DNA of 64,000 nt, from contig JBITNC010000001.1 in the NCBI GenBank assembly GCA_050084985.1, forward strand, positions 146,630,001-146,694,000. The letters run 5' to 3'. A program made the translations under genes and the position numbers. The notes beneath the pieces were generated by a model that made no database searches, was not told where the DNA came from, and saw only the letters and a program-made list of their open reading frames with translations. Below, one piece after another: positions 26,637-39,193 of the stretch (positions are counted from its first letter, which is position 1; each line of letters begins with the position of its first letter). The stretch comes from Nageia nagi (taxonomy: Eukaryota; Plantae; Pinophyta).

Positions 26637-29600
26637 CAATCCATGAACTCTACATTTGATCTTTTTGATTCTCAATCATTGATCCTAGATACAAATGCTT
26701 TTAAATCAACATTTATCCTACACTTGAACCTTTTGATTCTCAATCATTGATCCTAAATGAAAATACTTTTAAATTAGCATTTATTACTCTAATTATAAAC
26801 CTAGTAGGTATAGCTATTCCTCTCACGAATAATTTCCCATTTAATGTGTAGTCTAATGATATCCTTTATACTAAAACTTTGTTTTGATAACATCTAGTAG
26901 TTTCTTGTCATATGGAAACCAACACTATCATATAATACACCATCTAGGTAGCCATGATCATTTTTGTATATCCAATTTTGAAAATAATCCAAAAAGATAA
27001 TAGCAAAATGCTTTTACAAAAGTACAAGTAGCAACAAAATTACTAGTTCAAATTTACATACCTAAATCTAACTTATAAGTGTAAATACACTAATTTTGTT
27101 CAAACATTCACCATAAAATTAACTACTTTTAAAGAATTAGACTTCATCTTTTATCCATGAGGTTTCTTGAAATGTTGTTAGAACTATATGTTGATAACAT
27201 CTAATTATTTCCTTTAATAAATAATTACCATAAGACATGATTTACATCTAATCTTTTATAAAAATTGTGAACATTCATTATAACCTATTTTGCTAAATCA
27301 ATCTAGGATACAAATATATTTTAATAGAAATGTTGATATCAAATGTTAGTTCATCCCAAATATTCAACATTTTAGAATTACTCAAAGTTAGATTCCTAAA
27401 TTCAATCTCTTAGTGTTATTCAACCTCTCAACATTTCCCATTCATTTCAATAAATAAAATTAATAAGGTTTCAACATATCAAGAATATACCGTCCTTATA
27501 CTCCTAAAAATTTATAGCACTATCTTTGGCATAGCCCTATTTATTTAAAGACATCAGATCTAAAGTATCTATATTCTCAACATCAAACATGGCTATCAAC
27601 ATATAAGTATGTATTACATTATTCACAATACTCCATTCATCCTATCTAGGAAAGGATAACCATAAAGTTATCATCTAGTCAAAATATGGCTAAATAATAT
27701 TGAGAAAAGTAATTATAAAGATCACTCCGCATGTAAAATTTATCAAAGCAAGAAATGAAAATAAATATTTTACAATCAATCTTTTCTTCATGATGTTCAT
27801 ACCTATATCCATCATCAAGGATATGTAAACTTGTCACATACTTACAAAAGCTAGTTAACCCAATAGGTCTAAGCATTTTAACTTGAGCTTTAATACCAAT
27901 GTAAGAAACTAAAAATCCCAACCATAAAATGTTTCGTTGGACCACTAAAGTTTAGTCAAACATTAGGTGATAAGGTTCATTTGCCTTCAATTTATTTCTC
28001 ATAAAGAATAAATTTACCATGCATTCATACTGATTGAAACCAAATAATCATTTATTTCACTCATACATATTAATTAATAATGATAATCATAAAACTTTAA
28101 AAAATAATTGAAGTAAAACAATCCAATCATCGAGGCATTGCCATAACCAAAAGTTTGAGCTAATATCAAGAAAAACCCTAAGGATTTCTGCTATATGTAA
28201 ATTCTTGGTAGCTATGCTACCTAATAATATTTTATTATTAACCATAACAAATATTACAAATCTTATATTCAACCATGTACATACTTCCTCAATATTTAGT
28301 TACAACTAAATTAATATCTTCATGATCTTATTCATGTACCATCTAACCAAATAGTTGATTTTGTACAATACATGATCTCATACATCACATAGGTTTCAAG
28401 GTAAATTTGAATAATGCATAAAATACCATATATAGTTACCCAATCACATAAAAGGAACCAATGAAATATAACCAATACAAGGTATCATCAATCCATTACA
28501 AGTGCAACATCAAGTACTAAGGATCCAACAAAAAATGATCCACCATGCACCAAAAGATCATCATTCATATATAGATACTATAACTAGTCAATGTATAAGC
28601 ATCAAGCTAATAACTTGAGCTTGACTATGTTACCATTAGATGCATCTCAATTTGCTTTATTATCTTAATAAGTCATAATAATAACCAACATTAAACAACT
28701 TGTTGCAACAAAATCATTGCATTAATCCTACATTATACCATCTCGAGATATTTTACACAAATAACCCTCAATTCAAGAGCATTTCAATATCCTACTCAAT
28801 ACTCAAAATGCATCTTTATGATACAAGCATCACTAATACAATTTGCTACAAATAAACTACATGTGAGTAGACAACGATGTAAAAATGATAAACTCATATT
28901 AGTTCACAAAGTACATCACTATAATATAAGAAGCACTTAAATAAATTTAGTATGCATTACATATCAATAAATATTTGGATAGAATCTAATATGGAAGTAT
29001 TCCATAACATATATCAACCGTAGATATCATGATAGTATCACAAACAAACAAACATCAATGGTATGCAAGTCTTTATCAAGACATTAACTTTTAAAAGTTT
29101 ACAATGTATATTATTATAATATAAGCACTTATGTTAAAAAAAGAAACCTAATAAGTCTAAATAAGCCAATATGTATGATATTATAAATGTATTTCAACCA
29201 ATAATACAAGTGTCTCAATAATAATGCAAGTCTTCAACTAGCAATCCAAGTTACTATCTCAACAACATAATTGCATCTTGTTTGCCTATGTTGTTTTCAT
29301 ATTAGTTATTAATACTAACTACTTTATTCATCCATATAAATGCATATATGTTTCCATATTATCTTTGCATGCAATAATCAATGGAAGTTACTATTTCAAC
29401 TAATAAGAAGGTTTAATGCTTTCTTTTACAATGTTCCTATAGTCTAGTTTTTTAGATCAGATTTAAGAAAATATTCAAACTCTAATTTTAAATATCTTTA
29501 CATTTTGAATAGTATCTAAAACATACATTCAAATGATACAATACTTCCAGAAAGTAAATATATACAACATAAGCTATAATCAATGAAAAATGTCAACTTG

Positions 29601-29968
29601 CCTCTTTTTTATATTTTTGAAAAGACTAAAAAGGGTTTTTAAGGTTCCTATAATAAGAATTAAACAATTTCAATATAGACAAGTTATATATCATTGGAAA
29701 GAGAAATGACAGGTCTTTCCAATGGTACAAAGTACATAAACAACCAAATAGTAACATAAAAACTATAGGCTTCTAAAATGCATAGTTTAATCTCTTTAAT
29801 AAAGAATTAGCTATACACAAAACCCACTACACCTTTTGGAAAAATAACTTGTTTTCAATTTAGATTGTAATTGATGAAAAATGGGTTATTATAATATTTT
29901 GTTAGGCAAACCATCATCACTAATAAAAATATTTCTTTTTATAAAAACTAAGTTTTCTCTTAACAAAT
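26637..29968 (-). mobile_element. Decayed LTR-retrotransposon segment; inverted copy of 40848-44117 and 49812-53057
   Basis: Reverse-complement match over ~3.3 kb; Met-tRNA PBS-like gctttaatacca at 27887-27898. The duplication is clear, the TE identity is moderate. Confidence 0.65.
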
Positions 29969-32900
29969 ATATCTTTTGATAGTATGATAGGTAAAACAAA
30001 ATATAGAAAAGTAAAGAAAGATCAAAAGAATGTAAAGAAAGAAATTAGAAATGACCTTATGAAAGTAAAAGATGATACCATCCTACAAATTTTATTGAAC
30101 TTACAAAAGCAAAAGGGAAAGAAAAAGCTACAAGAAGTAGCCACTTTAGGAAAGGAAAATAAAATGATGATCATCAAACCTAGTGTAAAATGAGAGTTTT
30201 CTCTCTTCCATGGAAGAAATGTTCCCACCCTCACTTTTGAAATCATCAATTACCTTCAAGATAGGATTGAAAAAATGTCATTGTTTGATGAGGAACCCAA
30301 AGAAATGATTGATAAGGAAGATCCCACTAGTAAATGAGGATGAAAGGAATGGAAAGAATCATTTTATGTACTAAATAATACTAAATCCTTTATAAATGTA
30401 TTGTTCATTATCCCTTTTGCAAAATAGAAGTCTCTTTTTTTGAAATACATAAAAAAGTTTTACTATCAAATAAGAGTGGATGGATTACAAAGATTTAAAA
30501 TTTATTATTAGTTTTCATTGATAAATTTGATGGCTAGTTATCTTAGTTAGATGATTCCAAATTAGCATAGTACAATCTATTGATAGATAATTCAAAATTA
30601 AAGAATTTTGAAACTTGATCCAAAAAGCTATATATAGGGGGATTAGGAAAATAGGATATTGCATTTAGCAAAACGGATTGAAAATGATAAAATAACGAAA
30701 ATAGATGAAAAAGGAAAGAATTTCCTTATTATTTAGAAACTATAAATGAATATCTAGTTTCCCAAGGAAGACTTTGTTGCCAAAGCATCCATGAGACAAT
30801 AAGAGATCCTGAGCTTTCTCCTGATGAGATTGAAGATGGACCCATGTAAGCCAAGAGTCATATCAATAATGCATTATAAGGTGAAAGTAAAATTACCCTC
30901 CAAGTGAGACTAGGATAAGAAAATAAGTGAATATAAGAAAGAAAATGTTCCTTAGTTTGAATTTGGGTAATCACACAACAATTGAAGTTGTTCAACTAAT
31001 AAAGGGTAATAATGGCTAGATCCTGATGAAGAAGAAAATCCATTGCCTCTAATGAACACCGTGATAAGAAATCGTAAATCCTATAATGAGTAATATTTTC
31101 TTGAATTCCATTCAAAAGAGTAGTGAGGCATGTAGCAAGATGATATCTCCTATGATTCACCATGATTCATTTTTCAATGCATCTAAAATCAAGAAATCCT
31201 ATCTATAAAAATAACATCTACCTAGATAGGAGATAACTAGTAAATGATAAATGGTGTACAAAAACACTTGAGTGATTGGATGGAATGAGAATTCACATTA
31301 AATATCCATTAAAGAATTGTGAATGATGAGAATACATACTCTCAAAAGTATATCTAAAAGGATACTAAGGGAATTATTGAAAGATATTATGCCAAATAAA
31401 TGCATGATATGACAATACCTTTATATGTACAATGTGACATATCAATAAAAAAGGGGTTAATACTTCTTAGATGACTTTACTTATGAAATTCTAGTGAAAA
31501 CAATTTATTAAGAATGATGATATAGGCTATCATAGAGAAATGAATATCTATAGTAATAGTTTAAAAATGTTGAAGAATAGATAAAGAATCTTTGATAGGA
31601 GCATAAGGAATGTGAAAAAAATTAGAATACTACTTGTTAAGAGAGAAATAAATTAATGATTAAGCTCATTAAATATGAATGAAATCTTATTCATCAAATT
31701 CAATGTGTGCAAAAATAGCCATTTGCATACCTTAGTGCCTCTTTGTAAGAAACAAAAGTGGAAAACATAGGCATAAAGGTATGAACAATTATTGTTTCAA
31801 CATGGCATTCGTGTAATGTCAAAGTCACCAGATGATAAGGGAGAAAATGTATCTCGAATGGAGAGTCAAATGGGAGAAAGTCTCCATTTTCTTAAACTAT
31901 TAATTGATTTAAATAGATGATTATTGATAATGAGTACTATAAATAATTGTTTAGTTCCATACATATTTTCAAAAATGTGAAAAATAGAAAAATTTCTATA
32001 TTGCTAATGATTATTTGCTTATCTTTTGGGTCTACTACAAAGCTTTAATGAGAAATATTTAATGAATTCCTTATTTATATACAAACCTTATAAACGTAGG
32101 TTAGTAAAGAAATTTTTAATGACATTAAAAGTGCATTTCTATGCCAAAAATTGATCATTGAAGCATAATGAAGAGAATCTCTTCAAATTTAGAGAGATAC
32201 TTTTAATCAAGAAAAGATTATGTTAGTGATCAAGCAATTTTAGTTAGTCATTATAAATAAAAAGTTCTAACTTGTTCAATAAATCTTTGAAATAAACTAA
32301 ATTTTGACAAGAATTTTAGAAGCAAGCTCAAATTTTATCCCAACTTGAGATAAATGTAATGCTTAACTAGGGTTATATTCTTGATGATAACTATGTTATT
32401 ATTATTTATAAGCAATAATGATTATTTGGTTTGAATTAATTGTTCATTTTATTTTGAAAAATGATTCTTTAAAATACTATTATTGGTGATACTTGTTTTG
32501 AATGAAAAACAAGAGGATATGAATCTATGTGTTTGATTCAAATATTATGTGCTTGAGATCCTAACTCAATAAAAATCTTGTGTAAATCTCACATGAATAA
32601 GGGTGAGATAACATATATGTTTCAAAAGATCAAATGAGGATATATTGAAATGATGATAAACATTAAGTTATGGAAGTTATTACTTCTAAAAGACATTTGG
32701 GTTCCCAAGATATGGGCATAGGAGCTCGAACCACTAGGGATACTAACCAATAGTTATGGGAAGGTTAGTTATATTACCTTAGGAAAAGAGGTAGTAACTA
32801 AGAAATATGTACTATATCGGATGAGGGTATAAGTTGTTTATTTCTTTATTATGGATTAATGATTGGGAATGATGGTTATTATAGGGATGATGCGCTTTAT

Positions 32901-34349
32901 CCATGGTGTAGTGGAAAATACGTCATGTGTGTATAACCTCATTTTGAATTAGCATTATCTTGGGTGATATAAGCCCCAAGATGAAATCAAGACACTAACC
33001 CTATGATCAAATAGGCTATTGCAATTGAATATTTAGTAGATAGCAATGGTAATATCATGTTACTACTTTCAACCTAATTTGTATATGGTTATGGTGGTGA
33101 AATCCAAAAATGAATTCTGGTAGTTGATCAACTTAACCCACTTAAGGGTCAACTGGCCATTGATCTTGACTCAAGTTGGTTCATCTTAACTTCCCTTGAA
33201 AATGTCAAATCAGCTATATGAATTTGGAACACCATGAGTTGTGATCTCAAAAAATTATTAGGAGAAGAAATACAAAGGATTGTGCTACTCCTAAGGGGGA
33301 AAGTATGTATTGACCCACCTAATGGCACTAGTCAACCTTGAGCACCATCAAGGATGTGAATGAAACTATGCTTAAATTATTTCTATGTTATGATCAATTT
33401 TAAGTGGAAATATGTATTATTAGTATCAAGTTAATGCTATCTTCAAGATTTTATGATGCAAGTAATAGGTTACTACAATATGATATGAGAATTTGAAGAC
33501 CTAATGAACTAATGGTGAATTAGTGATGGGAATGAAAGGGTAAGAAAAGGAAATGATTAGCATTGAATAGTTAACACACCCTATGACTATCATAAATCAT
33601 GTAGTTGAATATATAATAATTTTTATGACAATCAATTTTTCGATGAAATTATGTTTACTAATGTATGTGGATTAATCTTGCCCTGCAGGATGAGGTCACT
33701 ATTGTAGGTAAAGATGTGTTTTCCCTTGTTTGGTATTTTGGAAATTCAAATTTTCAAATGAAGGGTAAAAGGAAATATACCTTATTTAAATCTAAAATTT
33801 TATATAAGGTTAGAAATATAAATTTAGTAGGGTAAAAGTTGAATATGAGTGTCTATATTAATACCATAGAGGGCTAATAGTAAAAATACTATTAGATAGA
33901 GACTAAGGTCTCCCTTATGGTATTAAAAGATATTTAATGCATAGGAAAATAATGGATTAATTACCCTACTTAGTTTTTTTTTTTGGTGTTAGGTGTGGAT
34001 AATAGTTGGCACTAATTTGTTAGTTAATAAAAAATATTTCAAGCTATTTACTACCATTTCAATCATCAATAACTTAAAGCAAACCTACCCTAAAAATTAT
34101 TAAAGGTGTGAGGAGATATTCATTTAGACACACTTGAACCCCTTTAGCTATAAATAAAGTAGAACATTAGAAATATACCCACCTATCTATCTTTTATTAT
34201 TTCATTTTTGTTATTCTCAATCTTGGGTGTAGAGGTACGTGAAGAAAAGAAGTCTCTCTTCCATCTTCAAGTTAAGGACCCTTATTTTACATTCTTTTTG
34301 CCTAATTAAATTAGTTCTATTTTTTAGGTATTTAATATGTTTTATGAAA

Positions 34350-35060
34350 GTAAAGAAGTAAGAAAAATAATAATATTATATAAGTAATATTACATCAACA
34401 AATCAAGATAATAAGATAAAACCCTACTTTTTAAAAAATAAAAGAATGATAGCAAACCAATTTTATAATAATTTTCTTATCATTTATGCAATATATAGGG
34501 AGAGAAGAATGGATTAATTTCCAATATAACTTAATTAGAAATTTATCCTACATTATTATAACTACTACTTAAAGAGCATGAGATGAGTGTCTTATGAACT
34601 CTAAGATAACAGTTTAACCACTATAAGATATGCCACTTTTCATGCTATGTTCCACCACACATATGCCAAAATCCACCTTAGGTATGCTATATACAAACAT
34701 ATGCAAGCCTATAACATTACCATCAAAAGGAATCTCAAAGCTAACTCACCTAGTTTTATTCAATTCAAAAAAGATACAATAATCTAGTTAATGTAATATT
34801 TAATAATAAATAAAATATTATTCAACACATAATAACATAAGTATGTCTATTTTATTACTATACACTATTATTTAATATATCCAAAAGTACCAATATTATA
34901 TATGTAATTTATAATATAAATACTTAATACTAAATATTGAGGTTTATAATATAAACTCAAACAACATCAATATTGAAGAGATGAAGAAAACTAAATAGAA
35001 ATATCCTTCTTCTAATATAGAAAAATAATAGAAGTGAATATATGAACTATATTAACTACC
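34350..35060 (+). repeat. Isolated partial monomer fragment spanning the monomer boundary
   Basis: Colinear with ~22400-23180 and 870-1395. Confidence 0.85.
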
Positions 35061-37980
35061 ATATCCTTCAGAGTTTCAACTTATATGTTTCTTGCCATAG
35101 GGTGATGAAAGATATGAATTTCATAGATATAATTTGGGCATAATATAAGTACCTAAAGTTTCATAGAAGGATATACCTAAATGACTACTTACTTTCGGGG
35201 AGATATGACATCTTATGGTTTCTACATTCATATTCTCTATATCTTGGTGAAGGTTAGGATAATAGCTTTTTATTTTTACTTCTTTTAAAAGAATTCATGC
35301 TTTTGTCTTTATCTATAGGTAGTTAATGTTCTTCATGCATCATTTTTTAGGTTTTTCATGAATATCTATTATAAGATAAGTATTTATTAAAATATTTATC
35401 ATGTGTCATTATTTATCATATTTATGATAAGATAGCTTATATAAGATAAAATTTAAAAAAAGTAATAATTTTTTAAAAAAATTAAAGTTAATTAATCTTA
35501 TAAGAAATATTATAGATAAAATTAATATATTTAAGACATAAACATATATTCCTATAAATTATGATATATCTTACATAAGATATGCTTTTGAAACTTAAAA
35601 ATATATAGAATATTTTGTTATCATTAATATTAATATTATAATTGACACAAATAAGAAATATAGAATCCATATATCTCAATAAATCATACATTATACAAAA
35701 TGATATGTTTTTTATTCTCAGCAGTATGCAAAATTATCTAATGTTAATTTTCACAAGATGTGATTAAATTTTAATATTTAGATATTTTTTTTAAATTATT
35801 AAAATAACTATTTTTATAATTAAAATGTTTAAATATGTGTATGAAAATCAAAATTGAAAAGTAATAAATAATGAAGTTGAAATCTATATTAATTTTTTAG
35901 AATATTTATTTATTGTAATTTTAGATTCTATATATATATCATTTTTAAATTCTATATATATATCATTTTTAAATTGTTTGAACCTTTTATATTTTTATTA
36001 TAATTTTTATGTTTAACAAGTTGATTATTTATGAATGGACAAGGATCTTAATTTTTTTTTATGGATAAACCATCCTTAAGGGATAAACATTTTGTACCCT
36101 AATATAGGTGACCATTTATCTTAGGCTTTGAGCCATCATGTGGGCATCTATCCAAATCATCCGTACCTACCATCAACTCAATAGGATTTAAAATATTTTT
36201 CAATAGGAAATGGGGAGATTTGAAGTTGGCTCTCTCATTCTTGAGAATTATAAACACCCATCTCTAACTAGCCTATCCATCAATTCGAAGGATCTTAATA
36301 TTTGAAAAAATTAAGTTAAAATTCAATTATTATAGAAACCATATGATAAGTAAATATATTAAAAGATATCTATATGTAATTTTGAAGTCTTAAACTCTAT
36401 TATCCTTATAATGGAAATGCAAGCTTCTAATATTTAGAATCTAAAAAATTGTAGCAATGATTTTAAAGTTGGTAATAATTTTCATTTATTATTTTAAAAT
36501 TTTTACAATGATTATCATTTATTAAAATGCAACTTTTATATCTTATGACCTTCATCCATAGATATTGTATATCAAATTACATTGTTTATTTTTTTTCTTA
36601 TTTTATTTTCACAAATTACATTAGGCACTCTCATTGCTTTGTATATGTCTTTATAGTCATAGTGATATTTTTTTATCACTGATGATAATAATACAATTCT
36701 ATTTATTCTATTCAATTTTTACTATTGAAAATATATAACTTAAACTATATACCTTGAAATTATATTTTAATTAGCAATCAATAAATCAATACTATGTGAA
36801 AATTTGAGATTGACATGTATCTTGATATTTTAGATAAATTGAATTTTTATTTAGATGGATATTTTATACACATTAAGGTTCTACAAGCCCAAACAAGATT
36901 TTCAATTTACAAACTAATAATGGCAGTAAAGCAATGCAAGAGTTATACAACTATAGAGAATAAGGGAAGAAAACAACAAGCAAATAATCTCACATTCCAA
37001 TTATGAAGGTCATGTTTCATATCCTTGATATTGTGAACCATTCCTGGCTAAATATCAAGGTGGTAATCCTTCTTGTCATGAAAATAAAGTTCAATATAAA
37101 TTTTGAAATTACATTTTATATTTTTTTGAAGTTGTTAATATTTATATAAATTTATGTGATTAATTGACTAATATTTTTTGAAATGTAGTTGACATATATT
37201 AAGGGACACTTTCTACAATTGACTTTCTTTGACCACTTTATCTACCACTATATGATGTATTGATGTAATCAAGAACATAGAAATAATCAAATTTGAAATA
37301 AGTTTATTGCACAATTAGAATTAAAGAAGGTTTTATATATGAAAAACTAGATGACAAATGTGCCAAACACATTATGTAAGGTGCCCGCATTAGTATTTGG
37401 CCTCTAAATGGGTGTATGTATCTCAATAATTTTTTATATTCTACACATCCAAGGAAGATTATGTGGAATGGAAGGAGAATATTTATAACCTTTGGAGAAT
37501 GGAGACTATCAAAATTTTGATGATGGGTGGATGTATCTCAACTATTTTTTGAATTCTCCACATCCAAGGAATAGTCCATGGAAAGGAAGGAGCATATTTA
37601 TAGCCATTGGAGAATGGTGAATATGTAAATATTTTGATAATTCTATCCATTAGAGAGCATATAAATCCATCCATTGGCAATTAGAGGAATAAATTGTTTT
37701 GGAAGTCTATCTATTGTAGATTGGATGAAATCCAATCATTGGAGATTAAAGCAGATGAGTGGTTTTGCCAAATTTGTCATTTGTGTATTAGATGATACAA
37801 TGAAGGGTTTCTTAGTTATGAATATGCCTTCTAATTCATTATTTATAACTAAGCTCTTTCTTTCTTTTTTGTCTTTCTATGTTTGTGTGATCTTTGAGCA
37901 CAAAGCTGCTAGGAAAGTGAACCTTGTAGATTGGATTAAAAGAGAAGGTGACTAAAATAGGAGAAAACTTGAATTGAGGG

Positions 37981-38440
37981 GAGGAATAAGAGAACATCCC
38001 ATGGTAACCTCTTGAATATAGGGTTATAATTCTACATGCAATGGAGTGTGTGTTCTTTTTCATGAGACAACCATGGTCATTTCACAAGATGCAACCTTCA
38101 CTTTAGATGAGTTATTAATTCCCTCCAAAACATATATTTTTCTACATGGGAATGAGCTTCTCATTCCATTTATGATGACCTCAATCTTCATCTATGAACT
38201 CATGCACTATTGATGCCACTTCTTCATTGCGTTGATATGTTTTACAACCTATGCCTACTAGAATATTTCTTACATTGTAAATGTTTATTTCATAATAAAG
38301 TTATTAAGTTGGTTGTAAAATGTGAAGGAGAATTGCTACTACATATTTATTGGATGTATCTAGAGCATCATTAGTCAAGAGATCCATGGCTATCTCTAAA
38401 TATGAATGCAAATTCTATCAAGGTACTTTCATATTTATTA
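37981..38440 (+). pseudogene. Possible F-box/FBA-type gene remnant (longest version)
   Basis: Piecewise translation EE*ENIPW*PLEYRVIILHAMECV...W..., ISQDATF, and later KLVVKCEGELLLHIYW resembles the F-box pattern (LP....EIL..L...KCV...W...I.DP.F) and an FBA-like L..GEL segment. Pattern recognition only. Confidence 0.3.
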
Positions 38441-38739
38441 GCTATGATGCTTAGTATATTATTATGCTATTGGTTTTTGTGTAATTTGTAACTATTTAAT
38501 TCCTAAAGATTCAAGTTTCTCAAAATTTAAAGTACAAAAACTTTCAATCACAACTTTAAATGTTATTAGAATGAACATACTCACTTTGAATAGTAACTGA
38601 GGATAGATATAAATGACATATCTAGGTAGTGTGTGTACTTAATAATTTTATTAGGGTTTGAATTGTAATAGCTCTAGATTCAACCTCCTATATAGAATGG
38701 TGATGCAAGGTCCTTCCAATTTCTAAAGGTCATACATGT

Positions 38740-39193
38740 AAGGTTCTACAATGTAACTATGATGTATAGGTAAGTGGAGGATTTGAGACACAAATTTGGC
38801 TCATTAGATGTTGTAGAGTGGGATTTATCAACATCTAATGCCCAATGCTCACCCACTTTTATTCCCCACCCAAAACATGTACCGCTTAGGGTCCGTAGAT
38901 GATCATAGTTCTACACCTCTTCAACCAGATCTTAGAAATAATACTCTCTAGATGGGCTCCCTTGTCTTGTAGACATTACCCAAAAGCATGTTCAATAGTG
39001 CTATGTATACTAAGGTATCCTAATGGTTAGATAAGGGTAGAGAATATCATCTTTCATCATGAAGTTGGTTTTACACTTTATCTTTGTTAATTTAGAGTAT
39101 GGAAATTGACACCTTTTAATTGCCCTTCCAATGTGCAAAGGAGAATCATCTTCCCAGTGGATGATGGTCCTAACATGGCCAAAACGTCACCTA
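38740..39193 (-). pseudogene. ABCG NBD pseudo-exon, copy 3 (retains degenerate ABC signature)
   Basis: GDVLAMLGPSSTGK (Walker A, no stop) and LKRCRTMIIYGP*AVHVLGGE*KWVSIGH*MLINP, a decayed GVSGGERKRVSIGHEMLINP. Confidence 0.88.

Noticed and set aside
26655-26775. ~58 bp unit repeated twice (also ~43970-44100 and ~52915-53040), superficially array-like
   Set aside because: Only two adjacent units without spacers, in eukaryotic TE debris; not CRISPR or a satellite.
29970-34340. Possible gypsy or hAT remnants in the central spacer
   Set aside because: Only faint, non-diagnostic hints; probably TE debris, but no family assignment can be supported.
37023-37060. Hairpin ccttgatatt...aatatcaagg with a weak miR169-like tagccaggaatg on the - strand
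   Set aside because: The stem is only ~10 bp, too short for a plant pre-miRNA, and the mature match fails in the 3' half.
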